This document shows positions 30,331 to 39,981 of a stretch of 64,000 bases of DNA, in pieces; positions within the stretch are counted from its first letter, which is position 1; each line of letters begins with the position of its first letter. This DNA is from an uncultured virus (IMG/VR IMGVR_UViG_3300043117_000361). Its lineage: Duplodnaviria > Heunggongvirae > Uroviricota > Caudoviricetes. Under the pieces are notes generated by a model. It made no database searches. It was not told the origin of the DNA and worked only from the letters and a program-made list of their open reading frames with translations. A program made the translations under genes and the position numbers. The DNA lies in the IMG/VR virus record IMGVR_UViG_3300043117_000361, one strand, 5' to 3'.

Positions 30331-31386
30331 CTCCTTATCAAGTAAGGAGATAAGATAATTCTGTTTAATGTTTTTAGCAGCATTCGTATCGGCATTTTCA
30401 GAGTGGCCACAGGATATACAGGTAAACGAGTGTTTATTTCTGTTGTCCTTGCTTGTGTAACCACAAGAGCTACATTTTTGAGAGGTGTACCTGGCGTCTA
30501 CGTAATCCACGCTGATTCCTAGGGCCTCTGCTTTGTACTTAAGAAAGGTTTGAAGTTGGTAAAAGCTCCACGAGCTCAACCACTTGTTTAACTTCTTGCC
30601 TCTTCTCTGAGACCGTATCCCTTTTAGATCCTCTAGAACTATCGTCTTTAGACCTTCTTCGGATACAATGCTCTTGCTTATACAGTGGTTGACGTCCTTG
30701 CTGAACCGTGCGTATCTACCAGAGATCTTCTTAAGTTTTCTCTTTGCAGACTTCGTACCTTTTGCTTGGAGCTGTCTCTTCTTGTATAAGTGCTTTCGTT
30801 GCTGTGCTCTTACCTCAGATCCAGAATAGTGTTTTCCATCTGAAGTAGAAGCTAAGTTGTAAATTCCACGGTCTACTCCCAATACCTTGGAGCCTTTAGA
30901 GGATTCAGGGTTGTTTAACTGGTAAGATAGATTTAAAACAATCCTGTTACCTTTCTTCAAGTAACATAGCGTAGCGGACCTGAACTCTCCATTCTCAATT
31001 ACTTCTCTGAAGAAATCAGGAAATGAGGCTTTAAACCTAAAACGCTTTCCTGGATGTACTAAAGATACCCAAGCCCCTTTAACTGAAATTAGGAGTTTAT
31101 TGAGTCGGATACCGGAAGTTTCCTTCTTTGAGGGTCTGTGTCTGAACTTGTCTCGTTTAATCGCCTCCATTGCGGTGTCGCGCACGCACTGAATTAGTGC
31201 TGACGGGAACTCAGGATACTCTTCACGAATAGTACGGTACAGTGCATGGTGGGCTTTGTTTTTATTATATGTTCCTTCAGTGAACGCCCACTCAACGTGT
31301 TGATTGAAAATAGCAGACGCCTCTTTAAGCAGAGGTAAGTACTCCTCTGCTTTTACAGGAACCGTTATTGACACCGTTCTAATCAT
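30286..31386 (-). CDS. tnpB: Solo TnpB (IS200/IS605 family, no tnpA)
   Basis: Start MIRTVSI at 31386; LGVDRG, IVLEDL, YTSQKCSSCG, CISCG, NADTNAAKNI all intact. Confidence 0.92.
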   Translation of the reverse strand: MIRTVSITVPVKAEEYLPLLKEASAIFNQHVEWAFTEGTYNKNKAHHALYRTIREEYPEFPSALIQCVRDTAMEAIKRDKFRHRPSKKETSGIRLNKLLISVKGAWVSLVHPGKRFRFKASFPDFFREVIENGEFRSATLCYLKKGNRIVLNLSYQLNNPESSKGSKVLGVDRGIYNLASTSDGKHYSGSEVRAQQRKHLYKKRQLQAKGTKSAKRKLKKISGRYARFSKDVNHCISKSIVSEEGLKTIVLEDLKGIRSQRRGKKLNKWLSSWSFYQLQTFLKYKAEALGISVDYVDARYTSQKCSSCGYTSKDNRNKHSFTCISCGHSENADTNAAKNIKQNYLISLLDKEQAAVNQPNVSQDLL

Positions 31387-31437
31387 TTTTATATAATATG
31401 CAACTATGAATAATAAGTCAACTAATAGGTGTGGATT

Positions 31438-31659
31438 ATGGCTTGTAACTATCGCGACCTGGTAACCATATATGTAGATATGTTTAATGTGGCTTATATG
31501 CTTCGTCATATGGCTGATATTATTCATGATCATGATGTTAATTTGGATTCCAGGTCTTCTCTGTTTATCAAAGCCATAGAGGAGCATGTTACGCAGCAGC
31601 AACGTCTGGCTAGAAACCTCATGGATTGCATCAAAGAATGTCAAAAAGAGGTTACGTAA
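31438..31659 (+). CDS. Hypothetical protein
   Basis: MACNYRDLV..., divergent from tnpB. Confidence 0.5.
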   Translation: MACNYRDLVTIYVDMFNVAYMLRHMADIIHDHDVNLDSRSSLFIKAIEEHVTQQQRLARNLMDCIKECQKEVT

Positions 31660-32282
31660 AAGAAAACGTCTTCAGTTATCCTTATACTGAAGAGGCGTTA
31701 TATTGGGCCGGGTTTTTAGCGGCCGACGGGACTGTATCCAAAAAGTCCAGGATCGGTCTTGAGCTGGCTTATGCTGATTTTGATCATCTTCTTAAATTCA
31801 GAGATTTTGTGCAGGCTGAAAATGAGGTGGAGGATTATTGTCGTACAGTTAAAGGCACTGAGTGCCATGTATGCCGATTGAGATTTACTTCTTATCAGAT
31901 CTCTAAGGATTTAAGAAAATTTAATATAATTCCTAGAAAAACGTATAATTATACTTTTCCTGAGCACATAAGGACCTACGCCGATCCCTGTAAAAAGTTT
32001 ATTCTAGGATATATGGACGGAGATGGAAGTGTAAATAGGTATTACATGTCTTTATTGGGCCGGCCTTTATTTATCAAAGAGGTCATGGCTGTGTTTAATG
32101 AGTTTACGTCTGCGGACGTTGCTTCAGATTTTAAGATAAGGTCTGTCGGGGAGTACACAGATTCATTGTGTGTTGGTAAGAAGTCTAAACAGATTGTTCT
32201 GGCATGGCTGTATTCTAATAGTGATGGAGTGCCGTATCTTACCAGAAAATACGATATATTTAAGCTTCATTATTTCCAGTAA
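31626..32282 (+). CDS. LAGLIDADG homing endonuclease
   Basis: YWAGFLAADGTV and FILGYMDGDGSV. Confidence 0.9.
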   Translation: MHQRMSKRGYVKENVFSYPYTEEALYWAGFLAADGTVSKKSRIGLELAYADFDHLLKFRDFVQAENEVEDYCRTVKGTECHVCRLRFTSYQISKDLRKFNIIPRKTYNYTFPEHIRTYADPCKKFILGYMDGDGSVNRYYMSLLGRPLFIKEVMAVFNEFTSADVASDFKIRSVGEYTDSLCVGKKSKQIVLAWLYSNSDGVPYLTRKYDIFKLHYFQ

Positions 32283-32416
32283 ATAGGAATAATATATTGT
32301 ACGCTCTTAATTTTATTCAGCTGCGGTTTGCTGTTTTTTGTTAAGAGGAAGGTCGGCACTAAACGGGCGAAGAGAGGCGTCCTTGCAGTTTATAAAGATT
32401 GCAAAAAATACTTATT

Positions 32417-33283
32417 ATGAAAATTATAACACACACTGGTGGTGCGCATTTTGACGAGTTTCTGGCATGCTGCATTATAGCATCTCAGGAGAATGTTGAA
32501 CAGGTACAGAGAGTTTCTTCCAATGGAGTAACTACTCATATGCTTGATGACAGAGACAAATGGGTTGTCGATGTTGGGGGCGTACATTGCCCGCTGACTC
32601 ATAATTTTGATCATCACCAGCTGAATAGCCCTGAGATCTCTGCATTTTCTCTGGTTCTGAATTATTATCACTTACTGGGTACAGCTAAGGCGGCGTTCAA
32701 CTGGGTAAAATTTTGTGCTGTTTTGGACAATAAAGGAGTATGGTCCGGATCTGAATATCTGGGGATTCCCAGGCACCTGGTTTATAGTGACCCCATAGCG
32801 GAGGCCTTAATACACAGGTTTGGGGAGCTTACAAGTATACGGACTGACGCGACTTTAGGTACCTCCAAGGTTCCTTTATTGGAACTTATGAAAGAAATAG
32901 GGGGCACTATTGTTAAGACTATAGTGCAGGCTGGCGTGGAATCGAATGAAGTCGAGGAGTTCTCCAGTCTGCGGACGTTTGACACTCCGTCTGGTAAGTT
33001 TAAAGCAGTCATTACAATGGCTAACCGCGTAGAGCGGGGCCTGAGGGTGTACTGTTATAACCATCCGAGCGTTGCCATAACGGTGGCACCTGATCCGCGT
33101 GGTTCTGGTTTAAGTTTGTTTTGTGTAGACTTTAACGACGGAACAGATGTTTTAAACTTTACACAAGTGAGGCAACAAGACGCTGTAAGTTGGGTGTCCG
33201 ATGATGGATCTTTGGCCAAAACTACTAAAATGCTCAAAGAGTCTGACATTATGGACCTTATAAATAAAGCAGTAATTCAGTGA
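32417..33283 (+). CDS. MYG1-family (DHH-like) exonuclease
   Basis: ITHTGGAHFDEFLAC, VDVGG...FDHHQ, DN.G, D.RG.G. Confidence 0.85.
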   Translation: MKIITHTGGAHFDEFLACCIIASQENVEQVQRVSSNGVTTHMLDDRDKWVVDVGGVHCPLTHNFDHHQLNSPEISAFSLVLNYYHLLGTAKAAFNWVKFCAVLDNKGVWSGSEYLGIPRHLVYSDPIAEALIHRFGELTSIRTDATLGTSKVPLLELMKEIGGTIVKTIVQAGVESNEVEEFSSLRTFDTPSGKFKAVITMANRVERGLRVYCYNHPSVAITVAPDPRGSGLSLFCVDFNDGTDVLNFTQVRQQDAVSWVSDDGSLAKTTKMLKESDIMDLINKAVIQ

Positions 33284-33288
33284 ACGTT

Positions 33289-33318
33289 AAAAAGAGGGCG
33301 TAAATTGGCCCTCTTTTT
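33289..33318 (+). terminator. Rho-independent terminator
   Basis: AAAAAGAGGGC...GCCCTCTTTTT. Confidence 0.7.
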
Positions 33319-33330
33319 ATGTTTTAGTGG

Positions 33331-33359
33331 TTGACTACGCCCTTCTAATGTGTGATAAT
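33331..33359 (+). promoter_or_regulatory. Sigma70-like promoter
   Basis: TTGACT-N17-GATAAT with extended TG, upstream of 33403. Confidence 0.55.
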
Positions 33360-33402
33360 TATTACCATAATTTGAATCTAACTCTAGCTAACGGATCATG
33401 TT

Positions 33403-33804
33403 ATGACTTCTATTTATGTGTATGAGAATCCTAGTAATGATACTGTCCATAAGTCGGCAGCTGAAGGTGATGACCTGAAAAAAGAGGTAATACAGGCTGC
33501 TGAAGATGAGGGCATTAAAATTGACAAAACCGTTGAAAACTCTGAAGGCAGCGTTGAAAATACTGAGACCCCCAAGGAAGAAGAGCGCAGCGATCCGGAC
33601 ACCCAATCAACTGATGATGAGGATGTAGAAAAGAAAGCTGAGTGTGATCAGGCTCAGTCTAAAGAATCTGATGAAGAAGATGACGGCGATCAGGAGGAAA
33701 ACAGTGTCGATAAGAAGGCTGTTGCTGATAAACTCATTACAAAGTTTGTATTAAAAAAGAAAGCAGTTAAGGCCTTTAACAAGTTGGCCAACTCACTGGG
33801 TTAA
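33403..33804 (+). CDS. Acidic low-complexity protein
   Basis: D/E-rich with KSA and KKA motifs. Confidence 0.65.
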   Translation: MTSIYVYENPSNDTVHKSAAEGDDLKKEVIQAAEDEGIKIDKTVENSEGSVENTETPKEEERSDPDTQSTDDEDVEKKAECDQAQSKESDEEDDGDQEENSVDKKAVADKLITKFVLKKKAVKAFNKLANSLG

Positions 33805-33841
33805 AGAGAGGAGCCCGTTCGATTTTCGTAAAATAAATGGT

Positions 33842-34510
33842 ATGAATAAACAACTTTTTGATTTAGTTATTGATTCTTTGCAAGGTATGGATAAGCATTC
33901 TTTTGTACCTATGCTTCCAGAAGCTCAGGGAGCGCCGCCTATGGCGTCACCTGCTGGCCCCGTCCCACCGGAGGCTGCTATGATGTCTGCTGATCCTGCT
34001 GCAATGCCTGTTGATTCTTTTGGTGCTATGGGAGGCTCCACCCCCTCTGCCGAGCCCTTGCCTCCGGGGCCTGGTCCCTCTCCGGAGCCTCCCTCTTCTG
34101 CGTTGACATATGATGATGTTGTCAGTGCGGTGCGTGAAGTTATGTCCGAGTCCGGAAACAAGGATGAAGACAAAAAACAGAATAATTCTTCAGGATCTGA
34201 AGGTGATAAACAGATTGAACAGAGACTGCAGTCTCTTGAGCAGGCTGTATCTGATATCGCTGGTATGTTTGAAGCTTTGTTGACTGAGATGACTCCTTCT
34301 CCTTCCGAACAGGCTGGCGCAGTGCCTGGTGCCGCTCAGGGGTTTGGCATGGGTGCTGGTTCAGTTGGAGACCCCTCTGCGGGGATGCCGGCAACTGCCG
34401 GCCCGCTTGGTCCAGGGGCCAATCAGGCTATTTATGGAGCTTCGCAAGGTCAGAATATAAAGCCTGCGGCATATAAACTGGCGAATGCTCTTAAGAAGCT
34501 GTCACAATGA
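33842..34510 (+). CDS. Pro/Ala/Gly-rich protein with a short coiled coil (scaffold-like)
   Basis: Amino acid composition. Confidence 0.6.
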   Translation: MNKQLFDLVIDSLQGMDKHSFVPMLPEAQGAPPMASPAGPVPPEAAMMSADPAAMPVDSFGAMGGSTPSAEPLPPGPGPSPEPPSSALTYDDVVSAVREVMSESGNKDEDKKQNNSSGSEGDKQIEQRLQSLEQAVSDIAGMFEALLTEMTPSPSEQAGAVPGAAQGFGMGAGSVGDPSAGMPATAGPLGPGANQAIYGASQGQNIKPAAYKLANALKKLSQ

Positions 34511-34725
34511 TTATTTTTTCTCAAACTAGCGGTAATAAGGAGCCTGTAGTTTTAAGTGGAGCTAATAATGTGATAGTGGCACTAGATAGTGGAGAACCTA
34601 TTGCGGTTGGAATGAAAGTAAATGACGCCGTCTGGTTTAAAACTGCTGGAGAAAAAGGATTTAATGACATTTTAAACATTTTAGGGTATAATAAAATTCC
34701 TGAAGTTCAAAGTATTAAACTGTAG
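34507..34725 (+). CDS. Hypothetical protein
   Basis: Coupled ORF. Confidence 0.6.
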   Translation: MIIFSQTSGNKEPVVLSGANNVIVALDSGEPIAVGMKVNDAVWFKTAGEKGFNDILNILGYNKIPEVQSIKL

Positions 34726-34755
34726 CAGTACAGTACATGTAAAAAAGGCGATCCA

Positions 34756-35241
34756 ATGAATGCTATTGAAAAAGGTGCTAGAGAGTTTTGTAAAGAAGCT
34801 AATTTAAACGAACAAGACTCTGAGCTAGTCGTTCAATTAGTAAAACAAGCTGAAGAAGGTGGGTTTTTAAACTCTGTATCGAATTATCTTAACGATCCAG
34901 AGAATCAGAAAATGCTTTCCAGAACACTTACAGGTGTAGCCTTAGGTGGCGGTGGAATGGGTTTAGCTAATATGCTACGTGGTGGCTCTTTCTGGCGTGG
35001 CGCAGCTTTAGGTGGAGGCCTTGGTGGTCTTGGTGGTTATTACTGGCCGAAAATAATGCAGGCTGGAAAAAGCACTGGGTCAAAAGATAGAGTAGAAAAT
35101 ATTGATCGTCAGGAAGAGATATTGGATACGTATAGCCGCCCTAAAGTGCCGACTTATCAAAGTGCGGCTAAATCTAATCCATGGATTCCTTACTATCCGT
35201 ATTCTTCTGAAAATTTGTATAATAGAATAGATTGGAATTAA
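34756..35241 (+). CDS. Gly-zipper putative virion protein (paralog of 35248)
   Basis: E.G...CKEA.L start, KQA, Y..DPE.Q.. then Gly zipper, PYS..NL..RIDW. Confidence 0.65.
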   Translation: MNAIEKGAREFCKEANLNEQDSELVVQLVKQAEEGGFLNSVSNYLNDPENQKMLSRTLTGVALGGGGMGLANMLRGGSFWRGAALGGGLGGLGGYYWPKIMQAGKSTGSKDRVENIDRQEEILDTYSRPKVPTYQSAAKSNPWIPYYPYSSENLYNRIDWN

Positions 35242-35247
35242 ATAGTC

Positions 35248-35919
35248 ATGAGCACACCATTTGAACAAGGATTAATAGGGTACTGTAAAGAAGCTGGACT
35301 GTCTAAATCCGCTTCTAATGATATTGTAGATATGTTTAAAGCTGCTGGTGTAGCTGAGAATGCAGATGGCATTAAAGAGAGTACTAAAAGTATAGTTCAG
35401 TCTATTAAAGAGTATTTTAGTGATCCTGAAGTTCAAAGAAAGCTACTCTCTACGACTGTTGGTGCCGGCATAGGGGGTGTAGGCGGAGGTCTGTTTAATC
35501 AGGGACTGCTTAAGGGTAGATTTAGTGAAGGAGTTGGGCCTGGGGCCGCTCTTGGAGCTATAGCTGGTTATGGTTTTAATGAGTATGGCACTCCAGTTAA
35601 AAAAGATGACACTCCAGTTAAAAAAGATAACAATGATGTATCTGCGTTCTCACAGATTGTGAACGATCCAAAGCTTAATCCGTATTCTGCTGCTAATCTG
35701 TTTAAAAGAATAGATTGGAGGTCGGACGAGCCCGGTTTGCCTACGAGCTTTTGGCATAATTATCTTAATGATCCTCTTTTCGAGACTATTGGGAGTCGGG
35801 CGGCAAACTTGATTAACCCGCAGCGTGAGTATGGGGTTCGTACGGCTCCTGTTGGTCCCGTTGGGAGACGGAGGTCAAATCTGGGCGCTCCTCAGCCTGA
35901 GTACGGGCCTCGTATTTAA
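35248..35919 (+). CDS. Gly-zipper putative virion protein (paralog of 34756)
   Basis: Same motifs; internal 21-bp tandem duplication (TPVKKD twice). Confidence 0.65.
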   Translation: MSTPFEQGLIGYCKEAGLSKSASNDIVDMFKAAGVAENADGIKESTKSIVQSIKEYFSDPEVQRKLLSTTVGAGIGGVGGGLFNQGLLKGRFSEGVGPGAALGAIAGYGFNEYGTPVKKDDTPVKKDNNDVSAFSQIVNDPKLNPYSAANLFKRIDWRSDEPGLPTSFWHNYLNDPLFETIGSRAANLINPQREYGVRTAPVGPVGRRRSNLGAPQPEYGPRI

Positions 35920-36044
35920 TAAATTTCGCTTTTTGCTGTCTGCTCGTTGGCTGTAGGCAGACAAGCTATTGGCATTAAAGAGTAGGGATGAAGCGTCCTT
36001 GCTCTTTTTTTTTGTGGTGCTTTAAACTATATGTGAGGTGTTTT

Positions 36045-36795
36045 ATGCAGATTAATTGTTTGTTCACAACTGGAAGAACGGGGACTGCGTTTCTGTCGTC
36101 CTGTTTTGGTCACGGCGCGTGGAGTAAAACCAGAGTATTTAAAACAGAAGATGGGGTCACTTTTCACGAGAATATGAGGTCTAAACTGTTTTATATTTCT
36201 AAGCTGAAAAAACTTAATGATCTTGATTCTAATGAGGCTTTTGATTTACAGAGACGTACTGTTAACTCGATTGTATCTAGAGTTGGAGAGGCTGGTAGGG
36301 TTTTTGTAACTGATCTTAAAATGAAGTGGACATGCTGGGCTCTGCCTAAAATGTCTGATATGGATTATAAAGTGATTTATATAGAAAGGCCTAAAGAAGA
36401 TACAGTTAATTCTTTTCTTAAAAGGCACAGGCTCCGTCTTAAAAGAAGGGGATCAAAGCATTTCAGGTCTTTTTTTAAAAGGGCTGCGTCAGCGGTCATT
36501 TTTTGATCCTACTGATCGGTGTGTTTTGAATAGAATAAATATAGATGGTTTTTCATTGTACACTGATGGCAGACCGGATTTCGATAAACTTAGATTTTTT
36601 CTGGAGTTTTATTGGGAGGAAACCAGAAGCCAGTGGGAGAGATTCAAAAAGCTTTATCCTGATAATACATTAGAAGTAGCTTTTGCTGAGTTGACAGATG
36701 CCAGGTGTTTAGAGTATATTGGTCGTTTTATTGGTATGCGTCCTGATCTTTCCAGGATGGAAAAAAAGGTTAATCTTAAACCAAAAGGATGCTAG
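36045..36795 (+). pseudogene. Sulfotransferase-like gene split by a 1-nt frameshift
   Basis: PAPS-loop-like TTGRTGT, YIER..EDTVNS; removing one T from a homopolymer at 36470-36504 joins 36045-36506 to 36526-36795. Confidence 0.6.
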
Positions 36796-36831
36796 TGGCA
36801 TAATATAATGAACTCAGTTTGTTATTTGTTC

Positions 36832-36905
36832 GGGCCTGTAGCTCAGCTGGTTAGAGCAGGGAACTCATAATTCTCTGGTCGCAGGTTCAAATCCTGCCGG
36901 GCCCA
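36832..36905 (+). tRNA. tRNA with CAT anticodon, most likely tRNA-Ile2
   Basis: Cloverleaf GGGCCTG...CTCATAA...GGTTCAAATCC...CGGGCCCA; body resembles Ile2 rather than initiator Met. Confidence 0.88.
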
Positions 36906-36913
36906 CTATGAAT

Positions 36914-36990
36914 CGGAGAGTAGTACAGTTTGGCAGTACGCGTGGTTTGGGACCACGAAGTCGCAGGTTCAAATCCTGCCTCTCCGACCA
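36914..36990 (+). tRNA. tRNA-Pro(TGG)
   Basis: CGGAGAG...TTTGGGA...GGTTCAAATCC...CTCTCCGACCA with encoded CCA. Confidence 0.93.
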
Positions 36991-37005
36991 CACTTAAAAA
37001 AGGAG

Positions 37006-37023
37006 TTTGATATGCATATCAAA
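37006..37023. repeat. 18-bp palindrome, copy 2
   Basis: TTTGATATGCATATCAAA overlapping the ATG at 37012. Confidence 0.85.
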
Positions 37024-37266
37024 AACTTTATAGTATTGATTTTTATTTTATGTTTCGGGTGTACTACGCCAAGCGCATCGGTCAGTACCCTGTATATAAT
37101 GGATCACATAAAAAAACAGAATGAAAAAATAGACAAACTGTATGATGTTCTTTCCACTACTAACATATCCAGGAAGACTACGGTTTTTTATTTTAATAAT
37201 ATTACGGAAGATGGAGTTAAAAGTTTACTGCTTAATTCTGAAAGGATTTATGAGTTTGACCTATGA
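37012..37266 (+). CDS. Small lipoprotein-like protein
   Basis: AAGGAG RBS, hydrophobic stretch then FGC. Confidence 0.55.
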   Translation: MHIKNFIVLIFILCFGCTTPSASVSTLYIMDHIKKQNEKIDKLYDVLSTTNISRKTTVFYFNNITEDGVKSLLLNSERIYEFDL

Positions 37267-37640
37267 AACATTTTTTGAATTTAGTAATTGAAATGAACCC
37301 AACGTGTCCTTTTACAGACTGCGATGTTGCCTATCAGTTTGGTGAACTTCTTAAAGATATTGAAGCTGATATTGCTGTACGCAATGGGATGCCTATAAGA
37401 GCTAATGTTAAGCCCTATGACAGGAGAGGGGATCTCAGGTATTCCCTTTTGAAAAAGGATATAGTGTACGGCGATGGAGCGGCCATTAAGTTTAAAGTTA
37501 AAAAGAGTAAGCCTGTAAAAACTGAGAACACTAAAGATAAAGAGAGTACTAAGTCAGTAAAAGCAGCCGACAAGGTTTTAAGAAAAAAAGCATCTAGAAA
37601 AAAATACTCTAAAAAGAAGAAGTCAACTATAATGCTTTAA
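37263..37640 (+). CDS. Hypothetical protein with Lys-rich tail
   Basis: Coupled ORF. Confidence 0.6.
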   Translation: MKHFLNLVIEMNPTCPFTDCDVAYQFGELLKDIEADIAVRNGMPIRANVKPYDRRGDLRYSLLKKDIVYGDGAAIKFKVKKSKPVKTENTKDKESTKSVKAADKVLRKKASRKKYSKKKKSTIML

Positions 37641-37650
37641 CGAGATTGTA

Positions 37651-37974
37651 ATGAATATGTATTATTTGCTGTGTGTTCCCTGTCTTGTTATGATAGGCTT
37701 ATGTTGTTCTTTTATGGTTGTGAATTTTTTTAATATATGTGCAGGTCATGTGGCTCATCTGTTTTCTAGAGGCACTAATGTTGAGCAGCATGGGATGTGG
37801 GCTGATCCGTTTGGCAATATCTATTATATTATGAAAGAGCGCGATACTGTTTATGGAGAAGCAGTCTGTAGAGTGTACAAAAATGGAGCTCTATTAACGG
37901 CCTGCTTGTCACGCAACCAATGGATATCGTTTTTCAAATCGAGACACTTGTTTAGACATGGAAGATCTATTTAA
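37651..37974 (+). CDS. Hypothetical membrane protein
   Basis: N-terminal hydrophobic segment. Confidence 0.5.
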   Translation: MNMYYLLCVPCLVMIGLCCSFMVVNFFNICAGHVAHLFSRGTNVEQHGMWADPFGNIYYIMKERDTVYGEAVCRVYKNGALLTACLSRNQWISFFKSRHLFRHGRSI

Positions 37975-38173
37975 ATTAAAACATGATTTAGGTGCATCTA
38001 ATATAGGTGTCAGCCTGGTAGGCGAGGTTATATGTGTCTTCGCTGATTTTTTAGATACAGATGAGCGCCTTTCTTTAGAGATAACGTGGAATCAATGGAT
38101 GCAAAGCCGTTTTTCTCTTACTGAGGTGATTAAATGCAGATTAAAGAAGGAGTTAAAAAAATCCAGGAAATAA
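37958..38173 (+). CDS. Hypothetical protein
   Basis: Coupled ORF. Confidence 0.5.
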   Translation: MEDLFKLKHDLGASNIGVSLVGEVICVFADFLDTDERLSLEITWNQWMQSRFSLTEVIKCRLKKELKKSRK

Positions 38174-38229
38174 TATCCTTTATTTAATCCCGGTGGTGAC
38201 GTATAATAAAGCATAAATCTAGGTTTTTT

Positions 38230-39591
38230 ATGCTTTCTAAGACTTCTTATAATTATAGACGGTTTGGAAGATTTTCTGATTTACCTACAGGTAATCCTGT
38301 TGATTTCGTTGTGCAGCAACATGATGCCCAGCGAGCCGGTAAACACAGAGATGTAAGGTTCGGTACGCCAAGTACAGGGCTGTATTCCTTCGCTACAAAG
38401 AAGGAGATACCTGCACCGGGAGACAAAAGAGTCTGGTATCAGCAACCAGTCCACGGGTATTCGTATAAGGACTTTGAAGGCAAAATACCGTCCGGATACG
38501 GTAAAGGTACAGTAAAAAAAGAGCGTGATGGCAAGATTATCATTACTGATGCCAGTAATAACTATATAAGGTTTCTTACAGCTGATAAAAAGAACCCCGA
38601 GTATTTTATTATGCTGAGAATGAAAGATACGGCCGGTAGTGGGTCAAAAAGGGACAAACAGACTCAAGGGGGATCGTGGCTTGTAGTTAACACGACTCCT
38701 AATAAGCCCGTGGACTATAAAAAACCTAAATATAAACAGGTTTCTGCCGCTGAAATAGACAAACTGTTTAATAATGACTCGGTTTTAAGTGAAAAAATAG
38801 ATGGAGCACAGGCTCTTCTATCCGTTATGAACGATAGTGTAAGAATTATGAGTTATAGAACTGATAAGTCAGGAAAACCTATAGTTCATACGGATCGTCT
38901 CAGGTTTAAACAGCCGGATACTGTTCCTGCGGAATACAGGAACAGACAGTTTGTAGGTGAATTATGGGCCTCAAAGAACAATAAAGCTGTACCTCATAGT
39001 ACTTTATCTGCCTTGCTGAACTCTACGCCGGAAAACGCACGAAAAAGAATGGCTGTCGAGAGCATAAAGCCTCACATGGCTCTTTTCGGGGAAATAACCA
39101 ATACCGATAAATGGTATGATATGCCGGTTAATAAGCGCAGAGCCATTATACAGGACTTTATTAAAGCCATAGGCATGGGGAATCAGCTACATGAGCCTGA
39201 ATATGCATATACTCGGGAAGAAAAACGTAATTTGTGGAATAAGATACTGGATAAAAGTAATTTACGAACTAGAGAAGGTGTGATATCTTATCCTTTTTCA
39301 GGAGGTAAACCCATTAAGGTAAAGATCCGTCCGGAGATGGACGTATATATAAAAGATCTTCTTACTGGAAGTGGTAAATTTAAGGATATGAACAGCAGAT
39401 TTGCGTACAGTACTCAGCCGGGAGGACCCGTAAAGGGCATAGTTGGAACTGGATTTTCTGATGAAGACAGAGAAATGATGACCAACGATCCTAGTGCATA
39501 TATTGGAAGAAAGGCCAGAGTTAATTATCAGGATGTGTTTAACAGCGGGGCGCTGAGAGCTCCGTCTTTTATATCGCTGCATGAAGAATAA
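38230..39591 (+). CDS. LigD-type 3'-phosphoesterase domain fused to an ATP-dependent DNA ligase
   Basis: FVVQQH.A.R...H.DVR, GYGKG.V; ligase SEKIDG, GEL, EGV, K.K and OB-fold VGTGFSD...LRAPSF. Confidence 0.8.
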   Translation: MLSKTSYNYRRFGRFSDLPTGNPVDFVVQQHDAQRAGKHRDVRFGTPSTGLYSFATKKEIPAPGDKRVWYQQPVHGYSYKDFEGKIPSGYGKGTVKKERDGKIIITDASNNYIRFLTADKKNPEYFIMLRMKDTAGSGSKRDKQTQGGSWLVVNTTPNKPVDYKKPKYKQVSAAEIDKLFNNDSVLSEKIDGAQALLSVMNDSVRIMSYRTDKSGKPIVHTDRLRFKQPDTVPAEYRNRQFVGELWASKNNKAVPHSTLSALLNSTPENARKRMAVESIKPHMALFGEITNTDKWYDMPVNKRRAIIQDFIKAIGMGNQLHEPEYAYTREEKRNLWNKILDKSNLRTREGVISYPFSGGKPIKVKIRPEMDVYIKDLLTGSGKFKDMNSRFAYSTQPGGPVKGIVGTGFSDEDREMMTNDPSAYIGRKARVNYQDVFNSGALRAPSFISLHEE

Positions 39592-39615
39592 TAGGAATAA
39601 GGTAAAAGGTTAATT

Positions 39616-39981
39616 ATGAATAAGAAAGCGTACATACAGAATAATATAGGCACGGCCCACCCTCAGCCCGTTATAAATTTTTCATATGGGTACCCTCGCG
39701 TAACTGGTTATACCGACTCCAACAGAACTGTTCCTTATGGTAGGTATATTGATGAGCCCCATGAGCCGGCTGGCATCAGCAGGTTGCTGGCGGCTAAGGC
39801 TCTTATGGATGCCAGGGAAAAAGAGGTAGAGGAAAAACCTGATAATAAAGTAGCTCCGCTTTTAGGGGCGGTTGCCGGTGCCGGTCTTGGTGCGGCTGTT
39901 CCAGTCAGATATGGTTGGGCTCCGGCAAGTCTTGGTGCTTTTTTAGGGGCGGCCGGTGCTAATAAACTTTTCAATAAATAA
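39616..39981 (+). CDS. Gly-zipper protein
   Basis: C-terminal GAVAGAGLG...GAFLGAAGA. Confidence 0.6.
   Translation: MNKKAYIQNNIGTAHPQPVINFSYGYPRVTGYTDSNRTVPYGRYIDEPHEPAGISRLLAAKALMDAREKEVEEKPDNKVAPLLGAVAGAGLGAAVPVRYGWAPASLGAFLGAAGANKLFNK

Noticed and set aside
31387..31644. N-terminal 86 aa of the 452-aa TnpB ORF
   Set aside because: TnpB similarity begins at MIRTV (31386), which has its own promoter; the extension overlaps a plus-strand ORF.
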